From NCBI GenBank assembly GCA_002898235.1, contig BEIL01000003.1, positions 2,264-66,263 on the forward strand: a stretch of 64,000 nucleotides of DNA, read 5' to 3'. The position numbers and the translations under genes are program-made. The stretch is from a bacterium HR35. GTDB taxonomy: Bacteria; Patescibacteriota; Minisyncoccia; UBA6257; HR35. This document shows, piece after piece, positions 28,501 to 36,933 of the stretch. How positions within the stretch are numbered: the first letter of the stretch is position 1; each line of letters begins with the position of its first letter. Below the pieces are notes generated by a model, which worked only from the letters and a program-made list of their open reading frames with translations, was not told where the DNA came from and did not search any database.

Positions 28501-30151
28501 TGATGGTTATGTAGCCAGTATCAAAAATCATCCCAAGATTGTAATTACTTCTACTGACGAAACGTTGAACAAAAAAATTAGATCTGCTTTATTAAGATTA
28601 GGAATAATTGGCTATTGCACTGCTTCTAATAATTTTGGTAATATTGAAATTACAGGAAAGGAAAATATTAAACGTTTTAGAGAAATAGTTGGCTCTAATC
28701 ATCCTAAGAAATTGCAGAGATTAAAAAATTTAAATTTAGAAGGAGTAAGATTTTGGCGCTTAAATCAGATTCCATTAGGTTTGTTGCTTAAAGAAGCTAG
28801 GATTTCTTTAGGGATAGGGCAAAGGAGTTTTAAAAATGGGCATATGATTTCTTGTTGGGAAAGAAATATTCATTTACCATCTTTAGAGAATTTGGAAATA
28901 AAAGTTAAAGAAATGGAGAAAATAATTAGTGAAAAAAATTTATCTCCAACTCAAAGCTTTGAAAAATTAAAATCATTTGTCTACGGTGATGTAAGTTGGG
29001 TAAAAATTAAAAAAATTGAAAAAGTAAATCAAAAAGAAGACGTTTATGATCTTATTTTAGATAAATATCATAATTTCATTGCTAATAATCATTTTGTTCA
29101 TAATTGCATTTTGTTCATTGATGAGCTTGACGCTATTGGAAAAATAAGAGGAGCGGGAATTACTGGCGCTCATGAAGAAAGAGAGCAAACATTAAATCAA
29201 ATTTTAGTTGAAATGGATGGTTTTGAAAAAGGAACAAAAGTCGTTGTTTTAGCGGCGACAAATAGACCTGATGTTCTTGATCCAGCTCTTCTTCGTCCAG
29301 GAAGATTTGACCGCAAAATTGTTTTGGATTTGCCTGATATTAAAGCTAGAGAGGAAATTTTAAAAATTCATTTAAGAGATAAAAGAGTTGGTAAAGTTAA
29401 TTTAAGGCAAGTAGCTGAAAGAACTCCTGGTTTTTCTGGAGCTGATTTAGCTAATTTATGTAATGAAGCTGCAATTTTAGCAGCCAGAAGAAACAAAGAA
29501 TTTATCACTCAACAAGAACTTTTAGATTCAATTGAAAAAGTTTTATTAGGTCCAGAAAGAAAAACAAAAGCCTATTCAAAAAAAGAAAAAGAAATTGCTG
29601 CTTATCATGAAGCTGGCCATGCCATTGTTGCTCATTATTTGCCTTATACTAATCCAGTTCAAAAAATTTCAATTATTTCTCGCGGTCGAGCAGGTGGTTA
29701 TACTTTAAAAACACCCCTTGAAGACAGAAGCTTTTATTTTAAGAAAGAATTTTTAGATGAATTGGCTTCAATGCTTGGTGGTTATGCTGCTGAAAAATTA
29801 ATTTTTAACGATATTACTACTGGAGCCAGTAATGATTTAGAAATTGCTACTGATTTAACTAGACAATTAGTAACTAAATTTGGAATGTCAGAAAAACTTG
29901 GTCCAATTTCAATCTCCCAAAAACCAAAAGAATTTGTTTTAGAAAAAGAGTACTCTGAAAAAACAGCTGAACTTATCGATGAAGAAGTAAAAAATATTAT
30001 TCACCAAGCATTAGAAAGAGCAACAAAGGTTTTAGAAATTAAAAAAGATAAATTAGAAAAAGTTGCTCAAGTTTTAATCAAAAAAGAAGTGATTGAGAAA
30101 AAACAATTTGAGAGATTAGTTGGCGAGAAAAAAGGAAGTTTAAATATTTAA
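25529..30151 (+). CDS. ftsH: ATP-dependent zinc metalloprotease FtsH containing two inteins
   Basis: 2 TMs, GPPGTGKT, FVEMFVGVGA, ILFIDELD, ATNRPDVLDPALLRPGRFDR, HEAGH; about 606 aa remain after removing the two inteins. Confidence 0.97.
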   Translation: MLRNNYLKYFILVFSLILFFSILFVGEKKIKEEQSVSFPVFLEKVKNGEVKEINLENETNFTFITQDNKVFNSNKDPNVSFWEVFEKEKIPKEVYLKIKITKKTEASWLQLFLSFLINVIPIIIITWFIWQIFRQTQRGTSQIFSFGKSGIKVYNPNDPNRITFKDVAGLEEAKQELMEVVEFLKNPEKFFKIGARIPKGVLLVGPPGTGKTMLAQATASEAGVPFFYISGSEFVEMFVGVGASVTGDTPILIKRGNKIKLTTIGKFVDKFYQENESGFVKFIDGYETLGYEPQRKVYFGKPIWTNIRGVFRHKVNEIYEIYFRGGKIKTTGDHSVFVREKNRIIPKKVSELKVGDCLVNLPFKRRSVFVKGIGTTHKISTFDLEEKEIYLDLYEKEYNKALFSYQFALENRNILSQAKIGKILGLAQTTIKDWQLGRRRPKIFSSFNIFRFKIPPKIKVDLDLMKLLGYYVAEGRTTDYFTQFVFGIHERDLIKDCSNLIEKIFNITPHIKDCPETNSCRITIYSSIISKFFKKHCGTGAKKKHIPPFLWQIPFPYFKSFLEGLYRGDGYITKEGKLIITTTSRRLALELIWLSALHGIQVGLRKTKSPERKIREKILKPSKYYLVIFGKTSNPFLKNKKTSQPKKPIITKIIKKPYDGYVYDLCGCDNEAFFGGEKPILLHNSRVRDAFSVAKRNQPCLTGDTIITLSNGEEITIKEIYEKKLIGKEVLAFDENLNLKTAKIIGVSKTPDQEILKISTIIDTIKLTPDHLLPTLKDGRLEWVEAKELKEGDFIAYPKKIPEEFRIQSIRTLTLIPEETRIYFKNNCLPKIYGNKKYYHSVKLKEIYLDKIDEENIAWIALGKGGFTDSYLYRIPKYLNEDILYLKGLIDGDGSYHKNKFNITFVNTELYLHQEVKKIVLDNFGISAKTYKNKKYYRNLPQGKPPQNLKDCYTTHINNKLVKIILKNIDEILLSLPNNLIAAWIRGIFDSDGYVASIKNHPKIVITSTDETLNKKIRSALLRLGIIGYCTASNNFGNIEITGKENIKRFREIVGSNHPKKLQRLKNLNLEGVRFWRLNQIPLGLLLKEARISLGIGQRSFKNGHMISCWERNIHLPSLENLEIKVKEMEKIISEKNLSPTQSFEKLKSFVYGDVSWVKIKKIEKVNQKEDVYDLILDKYHNFIANNHFVHNCILFIDELDAIGKIRGAGITGAHEEREQTLNQILVEMDGFEKGTKVVVLAATNRPDVLDPALLRPGRFDRKIVLDLPDIKAREEILKIHLRDKRVGKVNLRQVAERTPGFSGADLANLCNEAAILAARRNKEFITQQELLDSIEKVLLGPERKTKAYSKKEKEIAAYHEAGHAIVAHYLPYTNPVQKISIISRGRAGGYTLKTPLEDRSFYFKKEFLDELASMLGGYAAEKLIFNDITTGASNDLEIATDLTRQLVTKFGMSEKLGPISISQKPKEFVLEKEYSEKTAELIDEEVKNIIHQALERATKVLEIKKDKLEKVAQVLIKKEVIEKKQFERLVGEKKGSLNI
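26258..27580 (+). mobile_element. Intein 1 in FtsH (441 aa; LAGLIDADG homing endonuclease + HTH)
   Basis: Begins SVTGDT after FVGVGA; block B TTGDHSVF; LGYYVAEG and LEGLYRGDG; ends ILLHN|S. Confidence 0.93.
27626..29104 (+). mobile_element. Intein 2 in FtsH (493 aa; LAGLIDADG homing endonuclease + HTH)
   Basis: Begins CLTGDT after RNQP; LTPDHLL; KGLIDGDG and RGIFDSDG; ends VYDL..HNFIANNHFVHN|C, immediately before Walker B. Confidence 0.95.
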
Positions 30152-30155
30152 AAAA

Positions 30156-31256
30156 TTAAGGACCAAGATTTAGACAAACATATCTAATTGGGCCAGTAGT
30201 TGAACAAGTGCTACCAAAAGAACATTTTTCCGTACCGCTTACTCCTCCAGGATCATAAGCTTTAACACAAATCTCTTTTGCTCCTGTTGTATAATTTCCA
30301 TTTATTACCCTACTATTTAAATCAATTGAAGCTATTTTTCCGCTTACATACATATCTCCATTAACATATAGTCTAAATGGATCTGGATTTGTTATTCCGA
30401 TGCCTATGTTACCATTATTTCCTTTAACTGTAAAAACTTCGCTGCCACGGTCATTAGTTACTCTAAATCTTGAATCTTGACCGGTATCTATTCTAATGGT
30501 GGTAATTGCATTCCAATCCCCTACTTCTTCATTGCCAATTATAAATTCATTTGTATCTACATAAATGTATTTATTAAAAGCATCTAAGAAATTTATCTTT
30601 TTTCCGGAATTACCAGAAAAACACAACATATACGGATCATAATTACAATAATAAATATCATCGCCTATTCCTATAGTTCCTATTACTTGTAATTTCTTCT
30701 GAGGGTTCATTGTTCCAATGCCAATATTTCCATTATTTAAAATTGTCATTAAATGCTTTACATCATCGCCTCCAGGTGGATCTGGATCATTAACAAATGA
30801 TGTTTTTCCATAAGAAGGAGCAGTATTTGTAATCCAAAATAATCCATCATATCCACCATCAAACCACATATCTCTTGAAAAATCACCAAATCCTATTTTC
30901 CCAACTGCTTCATTATCGCTAACAATTTCAAATTTTGTTCGCGGATAAAGAGTTCCTACTCCAACATTGCCTCCGTAAGGATTAAGAGATAAATTATATG
31001 GTTTGCCGGTTTCATCTTTGCTCTGAATAATACCATAGTCAGCGTAATTTGATAATAATTTATTATCCTCAGAAATTGGTTCGTTAGGAGTAAGATAGAT
31101 ATTTTGATTTAATTTAAGATTATCATCTGACGATATTTTTGTTCTTTTGCCTATAAAGTAATTTTTAAAGGAATCAAAAGAAGGTCTATTAAAATAATAA
31201 AAATAAACGAAAATAAAAATAAGCCCTCCTAAAAAAATCAAATATTCTTTTTTCAT
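30156..31256 (-). CDS. Membrane-anchored fibre/adhesin-like protein with GNxGIGT repeats and Cys-rich C-terminus
   Basis: N-terminal TM; GNVGVGT, GNIGIGT, GNIGIGIT repeats; four Cys in the last ~40 aa. Confidence 0.65.
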   Translation of the reverse strand: MKKEYLIFLGGLIFIFVYFYYFNRPSFDSFKNYFIGKRTKISSDDNLKLNQNIYLTPNEPISEDNKLLSNYADYGIIQSKDETGKPYNLSLNPYGGNVGVGTLYPRTKFEIVSDNEAVGKIGFGDFSRDMWFDGGYDGLFWITNTAPSYGKTSFVNDPDPPGGDDVKHLMTILNNGNIGIGTMNPQKKLQVIGTIGIGDDIYYCNYDPYMLCFSGNSGKKINFLDAFNKYIYVDTNEFIIGNEEVGDWNAITTIRIDTGQDSRFRVTNDRGSEVFTVKGNNGNIGIGITNPDPFRLYVNGDMYVSGKIASIDLNSRVINGNYTTGAKEICVKAYDPGGVSGTEKCSFGSTCSTTGPIRYVCLNLGP

Positions 31257-31291
31257 CTTAAAAGTATTATAATTATAACTCTATGTTACTT

Positions 31292-32614
31292 CTAGTACAA
31301 ATCTGGCCAGCAAATCCCTAAATTTGTTGAAGGAATAACTTGTCTAGAAATTCCGGGTCCGCTCCATTCAAGAAGCAATCTCTCACCACCTGCATTCTCA
31401 TAATGGTCTATTCTTAATGGATACCAACCGGGAGAAGAAAAGGTATAATTAGCAGAATACGTGGTAGCGCCTTGATCTCTCCATTGATCCACTAAGATTT
31501 GCCAGTTAACCCACAACCTAACACCATCATCGCTAGTTACATAAAAAGTATAGGTTCCTGCAACTGGTATATAAACACAACCATAAACTCTAAGCGACCA
31601 ACCATCAGCTTTTCCAAGGGGATTAAGATCAGTAAAATCTATAGTTGGTTTTACTATTCTCATAATTTTATCTTTAAACGAAAGATATGGATTTGGATCA
31701 TAGCTCCCAAAACCTTCAACAATAATTCCTCCTTTTTGCACTATTCTTCTCGGAGGCCATCCTGGAGAATCTAAAAAAACAGCATCAACTAAATTTCCTT
31801 CATAAATTGTTAATTTAGTAGTCGGTGTCGTCGTCCCGATGCCGATATTATTATTAACATCGATTACTATTGCAGGATTATTAAAATTTCTCGTAAAATC
31901 ACGTGCTATTTTGAATTTGTCTCCATCGGCGTTATCTATTCCCATTATCCAATCTCTTACTCCTGGAATAGCAAAATGAAGCATAGGATTAGCGGTTGCT
32001 CCGCCCCAAGCAGTAGAAATAGCTATTCTAACATCAGCCGAAGGTCCAGTATTATCGTTCCTTATTAAAAGTTGCAATTCTGAGTTAGAATTTGAAGCTA
32101 TATGAACTTTTTGTTCTGGTGTCGTCGTCCCGATGCCGACGTTGCCAGGAAAACTATAATTTCCTCCACCTGTGTTTGCTCCAAATTGGCCTGAAGAAAC
32201 ATTAGCTGCATTGATTGTTCCTAAAAAAGTATCAGCTTTAACATTACCAGCAACATGTAAAGTTGTTGTAGGTGTTGTTGTTCCAATTCCTAATCTTTTG
32301 TTTGTATTGTCCCAAAAGAGATTGTTGTCACCAGAAATAGTTGATGCTCCTGTCCAAAATGCTACTTGACCAGCTGAACCCGAGCCGCCTATTCCTAAGC
32401 TACCAGTATATCTTACTAAAACATTTTGGGTTGAGGAGGTCATTACTAAATAACCAGCTCCAGGCCAAGTTGTTTCTCCCCAATTAAGATAAGGTAATGG
32501 CTGGCAGTAAGCACCTTGTCCTAAAGATTCTTTGGGTAAAAAAAAGTAAAAAATAATGTTGGTTAAAGCAAATAAAAGCGAAAGAGCAAGAGATATTATT
32601 AACCCCTTTTTCAT
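31292..32614 (-). CDS. Secreted fibre/adhesin-like protein with GIGTTTP repeats and C-terminal PA14 domain
   Basis: NNLFWDNTNKRLGIGTTTP and two more GIGTTTP; PA14 signature GTYTFYVTSDDGVRLWVN..YPLRIDHYENAGGERLLLEWSGPG..QVIP. Confidence 0.8.
   Translation of the reverse strand: MKKGLIISLALSLLFALTNIIFYFFLPKESLGQGAYCQPLPYLNWGETTWPGAGYLVMTSSTQNVLVRYTGSLGIGGSGSAGQVAFWTGASTISGDNNLFWDNTNKRLGIGTTTPTTTLHVAGNVKADTFLGTINAANVSSGQFGANTGGGNYSFPGNVGIGTTTPEQKVHIASNSNSELQLLIRNDNTGPSADVRIAISTAWGGATANPMLHFAIPGVRDWIMGIDNADGDKFKIARDFTRNFNNPAIVIDVNNNIGIGTTTPTTKLTIYEGNLVDAVFLDSPGWPPRRIVQKGGIIVEGFGSYDPNPYLSFKDKIMRIVKPTIDFTDLNPLGKADGWSLRVYGCVYIPVAGTYTFYVTSDDGVRLWVNWQILVDQWRDQGATTYSANYTFSSPGWYPLRIDHYENAGGERLLLEWSGPGISRQVIPSTNLGICWPDLY
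31824..31845. repeat. 22-bp GC-rich direct repeat, copy 1
   Basis: ggtgtcgtcgtcccgatgccga, identical to 32118-32139. Confidence 0.95.
32118..32139. repeat. 22-bp GC-rich direct repeat, copy 2
   Basis: ggtgtcgtcgtcccgatgccga, 294 bp (98 codons) from copy 1. Confidence 0.95.
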
Positions 32615-33078
32615 TTTGTTATTATTATATAACCTAACAATTTATTTTTGCAATTGTTACAAATAATTTTAAAGCTACCTTCTTCTAAAGCTTGAAATTG
32701 AATTGTTTTTGTTTCTTCCTTTTTTATTTTGCTAGAAAGATTATAATTTTCTATAAAAATTTCGTAATTTTTATCTTTAGCTGTTAAATTTAAAGTAAGT
32801 ACATCATTTAAAGAAGCTTTTATCGTGTTTTTTTCTCCTAGACTTTCGTTTTCTAAATCTAAATTAAAATTTTGATAATTTGTTTCATTTATTTTAACGC
32901 TGCTTGATGGTTGAACGATTTTAGTTTCTTCTACTTTGATTGTTTCTTTAGAAGAAGTTTTAACTTTTTGAGGTAATTTAAAAGAAATTATAGAAAAAAT
33001 ATCAAAGTAAAAAACAAGTACAAAAATTAAAACAACAATTATGATTCCAACTAAAAAAATTAAATATTCTCTTTTCAT
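32611..33078 (-). CDS. Membrane-anchored cupredoxin-like domain protein
   Basis: N-terminal TM; IKASLNDVLTLNLTA..ETKTIQFQALEEGSFKIICNNC..GYIII fits an EfeO/cupredoxin-type fold. Confidence 0.65.
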   Translation of the reverse strand: MKREYLIFLVGIIIVVLIFVLVFYFDIFSIISFKLPQKVKTSSKETIKVEETKIVQPSSSVKINETNYQNFNLDLENESLGEKNTIKASLNDVLTLNLTAKDKNYEIFIENYNLSSKIKKEETKTIQFQALEEGSFKIICNNCKNKLLGYIIITK

Positions 33079-33677
33079 TAAAAATAATTATAAAGAAGCT
33101 TAAAAATAAAGTCTATAATTTTGTTAATAAGAGCAAAGAAATAAGAGCCAAAGAAAATAATAAAAAGAGCAACAAAAACAAATCCATAAGTCTCTAAAAT
33201 GGCATATTCTTCAAAACTCATAAAAAGAAGTAAAAGCTTTGACCCATCGAGTGGAGGCAAAGGTAAAAGATTAAAAAGGGCTAAAAGGAGGTTAATTCGG
33301 AAAAGAGAAAGAAAAATTAAGCCTAATGATTGATTTAAAAATTGCTTATAAAGAAAAAAGAAAAAAAGTGCCAAAAAAATATTAACTAGAGGGCCAGCTA
33401 AAGCAATTAAAATTGGGTCTCGATTTTTGTCTTTTAAGTAATAAGGATTATAAGGAACGGGTTTTGCATAGCCCAGAATTAGGCCATTGAAAAAAACAAA
33501 AGTTAAAAAAGGTAAAAGAAGAGTTCCATAAGGATCAATATGAACCAAGGGATTTAATGATAGCCTACCTTCGTATTTTGCTGTGGGATCGCCCAGTTTA
33601 TAAGCAACAAAACCGTGAGCAATTTCATGAAGAACTATCGAATAAAAAACCAAAATAAGCAAAATTATAAATTCCAT
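33078..33677 (-). CDS. Site-2 protease (peptidase M50)
   Basis: LHEIAHG, GDPTAK..GRLSLNP, LAGP, FNLLPLPPLDGS. Confidence 0.95.
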   Translation of the reverse strand: MEFIILLILVFYSIVLHEIAHGFVAYKLGDPTAKYEGRLSLNPLVHIDPYGTLLLPFLTFVFFNGLILGYAKPVPYNPYYLKDKNRDPILIALAGPLVNIFLALFFFFLYKQFLNQSLGLIFLSLFRINLLLALFNLLPLPPLDGSKLLLLFMSFEEYAILETYGFVFVALFIIFFGSYFFALINKIIDFIFKLLYNYF

Positions 33678-33682
33678 TCAAA

Positions 33683-33874
33683 TTAAACTGTTATTTTTCC
33701 TTTCAAGATAAGTTTTCGGCAATCCTTACAAACTTCTATTTTTTTATTACCTAAATTTAAAATTTGAATATTCGGCTTTTGAAAATAAGCTTTAACAGGA
33801 TTGTATTGACCCCTCAATTTCTTTCTTTTGATTGCTTTCTTTCTTCCTTTACCGCAAATTTGGCAAACTTTCAT
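33683..33874 (-). CDS. rpmB: 50S ribosomal protein L28
   Basis: MKVCQICGK..QKPNIQ..VCKDCRK. Confidence 0.85.
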   Translation of the reverse strand: MKVCQICGKGRKKAIKRKKLRGQYNPVKAYFQKPNIQILNLGNKKIEVCKDCRKLILKGKITV

Positions 33875-33896
33875 AATAATTTTATTTTACCACAAA

Positions 33897-35168
33897 TTAA
33901 TAATTGACAATTACTCTATAATAATCTTTATCTTCTTCTTGCCTGTAATTTAAATTCAACAACTCTTTTCGAAAATCTTCTAATTTTTCTTTGGGAACTT
34001 TAAAAATTGCCTCCCGTCTATCAAAATCATAACTTTCTAAAGAATATTTTTCGGAGAGAAACAAAACTTTTAAATAATTTTCATTTTTTTTATTTTCAAT
34101 TTTTTGAACAATTTCCAAAAGATAATCTAAACTATTTTGGATTTCCCTTAAATTACCTCTTAAAGGATGTTTAGCTAAATTTTCTTTTATTTCTTTTTCT
34201 GATCGGGAAAGTTTTGAATAATAAAAGCCAAAAACTAAAATAGCAATCAGAGAAACGACTATCAAAAAAATAGAAGCTACCAAAATAGGCCTTCTTATTT
34301 TAGTGAAAAAATAGACATTTTTAGGTTTGAGATTAAGAAAATCAAGGAAGGGTTGATCTTGAAAAATTTTCCTTAAAAGAACAACTCCGCCTTTAGCTAT
34401 AAATTCATAAGGATTAATTAAAATTGTTTGAAGATTGGAGAGGGCTGTTTCTTTAAAAGAAAAAATTAGGATTTCAAATTTTTTGTTTAAACTTTGAAAA
34501 TAGCCGATATATCTTTGAAAAAAAATTTCAAAATTAGTATTTTCGCTAATTTCTTCTAGAAATAAACTTTCTAACTTTAAATTTTCTAAATACAGGATAT
34601 GAGTAAGTTTTTCGTCAATAAAAAAAACTAAATAATTTTCGCTAAAAGTAATTTTTGCTTCATAAATTAAATTACTTAAAATGGCTTCAACAGAAGGAGC
34701 AATAAAATAAATTGTTAAATTTTCTTTAAAAAGAACCTCTAAAATAGCTTCTTCAATTTCTCTAGGGAAGAAAAAAATATCAAAATTAGCTAAATTACCG
34801 CTAAGTTTGTAAATATCTTCTTTAAAAATAAATTTATATCTTTCCAAAGGCAGAGGAAGATTGACCTGGAGATAATTTTTGATAGCTGAAGCTGGATCTG
34901 TTGTTCGGGGTATAGTAATTCTTTGAAAAAAAATATTAGGTAAATGAAGAATAATTCCTAATTCGTTTAATTTATATTTAGTTAGAAGCTCTTTTAATGC
35001 TTTTTCAAAGTTTTCTTTAAAAAAAACACCATTACTATAAATTTCTCCTTTCAAAATTTCCAATCTTTTAAGTTTAATTTCATTGTCTTTTTCTTCAAGA
35101 TCATAGTAAATTAACCTATCTGAAGAAATAAGAAGAATATCTATAATTTCTTCTTTGAATATTTTCAT
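33897..35168 (-). CDS. PilM-like cytoplasmic domain fused to TM/PilN-like segment (putative)
   Basis: GEIYSNG, LHLPNIFFQRITIP, VNLPLPLE pattern of PilM-type actin folds, then one TM and a coiled coil; weak. Confidence 0.45.
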   Translation of the reverse strand: MKIFKEEIIDILLISSDRLIYYDLEEKDNEIKLKRLEILKGEIYSNGVFFKENFEKALKELLTKYKLNELGIILHLPNIFFQRITIPRTTDPASAIKNYLQVNLPLPLERYKFIFKEDIYKLSGNLANFDIFFFPREIEEAILEVLFKENLTIYFIAPSVEAILSNLIYEAKITFSENYLVFFIDEKLTHILYLENLKLESLFLEEISENTNFEIFFQRYIGYFQSLNKKFEILIFSFKETALSNLQTILINPYEFIAKGGVVLLRKIFQDQPFLDFLNLKPKNVYFFTKIRRPILVASIFLIVVSLIAILVFGFYYSKLSRSEKEIKENLAKHPLRGNLREIQNSLDYLLEIVQKIENKKNENYLKVLFLSEKYSLESYDFDRREAIFKVPKEKLEDFRKELLNLNYRQEEDKDYYRVIVNY

Positions 35169-36712
35169 TTTGAGTATATATTTTGAATTTTAACAAATCT
35201 CTCAGAAAAGTCATTAACAAAAAAGATATCAAAACCTTCAAATTTTTTATCTACTAAATAGAGATAATAGGGATTAACTAAAAATATATTACTTTTTTGG
35301 TCCAAAATAATTTTTTCAATTTCTTGTTGAGAAGAGAAGATATCTTTAGCTGGATTAATTTTTGTTTCTAAAATTTCTTTTTCCAAAATTTTACTTTCGC
35401 TATTATTTAAATTAATGCCGGTTTGAGAGAAAAAATAAGCAAGATTAGGTGGATAACCATAATTAATTCCATAAAGAAGAGCTTGGTAATCTTTATTTTT
35501 TATTATTTCATTTAGATCGATCCTGGAGACAATTACAAAATCTATTTTAAATTTTGACTTAAGATATCTAGCTAAATCTGGGTAATAAAATGAATTAGGT
35601 AAAATAAGAGTAAAATCAAATTGAGGTTTAGCTGTTTTTTGCGGACTTAAAACTTCAACTCCTTTCAAATTTAAAATTTTTCTTACTGATGGCGAAAAAA
35701 TTCCTTCACTCTTTTCAGCATAGTTATTAAAAACATTCTTCACTATTTCTTGCCTATCGAGATTAGCATTAAGAAAATCAACAATTTCATTTGCTTTTAT
35801 TTTCTGTTGATTAAAAAAGATGCCAATAACCCTTGGTAAGACGATTTTATAAATTCTAATTCTTTTTTTAAAGCCTGAAGGTAAATTAAAATAATTAATA
35901 CCTGCTAAAGCATCAATCTCTTTTGTAAAAAAAGCAGTTAGGGCTTCTTTTTGGTCTTTAAAAATATGAAATTCAATCCTCTTTAGATAAACCTTTTCTG
36001 GAAAATACTTATTTCTTTCTAAAACGATAATTTTTTTCTTATTATTTCTAACTTCTTTCAAAACAAAAGGACCAAAACCATTTTGAGCTAAATCTAAGGC
36101 ATAAAAATCAGGAGAATAATGAGAAAAAACCTTTACCGGCAGGGGTTTGAGATAGACTAGATTATAAATTAAATAATTATCCGGGAATTTAGAAATAAAA
36201 ACGCCTTGGCTTTCGTTTATTATTTTAAATTCTAATTGAGAAAAAAACCGAGAAATTTCAGAAGGAGCGAATTTTTTAGCAAACTCTAAACCAAAGCGAA
36301 TATCTTCGGTTGTTAATTTTTCTCCATTGGCCCAATAAAGCTTATCTTTAAGAGTTATTTGAATTTCAGTTTTTTCTTTATTAACTAAATAACTTTTGAG
36401 AAATTTAGAAATAATTTTGCCGTTATAGTTTTCAAAAAGAGACGGGAAAATAATATTAGCAATTGTTTTTTCAGTATCATTAGTAGTAAGATAAGGAGTT
36501 AAAGTTTTAACATCTTCATAAACCCCTTCTCGATAAATTCCATTAGTTTTTTTACTAGTGAAAATTAGATAATCTGGAAAAATAAAAACTAATCCTAAGG
36601 CTAAAAAGGAAATAAAAAAGAAAACATAAATAGGAAAAAAATCTAATTGGCCATTTTTAATAAGCTTTCTTGTTTTTAAATAAAAATCACGAATTTCTTT
36701 ATTTATTTTCAT
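35165..36712 (-). CDS. ABC transporter peptide-binding protein (family 5)
   Basis: YREGV..TLTP, LYWANGEKLTTEDIRF, GFGPF, LERNKYF; adjacent to secG as is usual in CPR. Confidence 0.8.
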   Translation of the reverse strand: MKINKEIRDFYLKTRKLIKNGQLDFFPIYVFFFISFLALGLVFIFPDYLIFTSKKTNGIYREGVYEDVKTLTPYLTTNDTEKTIANIIFPSLFENYNGKIISKFLKSYLVNKEKTEIQITLKDKLYWANGEKLTTEDIRFGLEFAKKFAPSEISRFFSQLEFKIINESQGVFISKFPDNYLIYNLVYLKPLPVKVFSHYSPDFYALDLAQNGFGPFVLKEVRNNKKKIIVLERNKYFPEKVYLKRIEFHIFKDQKEALTAFFTKEIDALAGINYFNLPSGFKKRIRIYKIVLPRVIGIFFNQQKIKANEIVDFLNANLDRQEIVKNVFNNYAEKSEGIFSPSVRKILNLKGVEVLSPQKTAKPQFDFTLILPNSFYYPDLARYLKSKFKIDFVIVSRIDLNEIIKNKDYQALLYGINYGYPPNLAYFFSQTGINLNNSESKILEKEILETKINPAKDIFSSQQEIEKIILDQKSNIFLVNPYYLYLVDKKFEGFDIFFVNDFSERFVKIQNIYSK

Positions 36713-36717
36713 TAAAA

Positions 36718-36933
36718 TTAAACCTTAATTCTAATTAGAGAAAGCAAAAGAAAAACAAAAATCATAAACCAAGTAAAGTAATAAATTAGTTTTTCCATGC
36801 CTCTTTTTTTAAAAAAGAATTCTGTTTGAAAACCAAAAAAGGCACCACCACTAACTCCTCTTTGTTGAAGCAAAATTAAAACAACAATTAAACCACCTGA
36901 TAAAATTTGTAAAAATTCAATTAAGCCTTTCAT
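36718..36933 (-). CDS. secG: Preprotein translocase subunit SecG
   Basis: ILLQQRGVSGGAFFG..KRGMEK, two TMs. Confidence 0.9.
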   Translation of the reverse strand: MKGLIEFLQILSGGLIVVLILLQQRGVSGGAFFGFQTEFFFKKRGMEKLIYYFTWFMIFVFLLLSLIRIKV

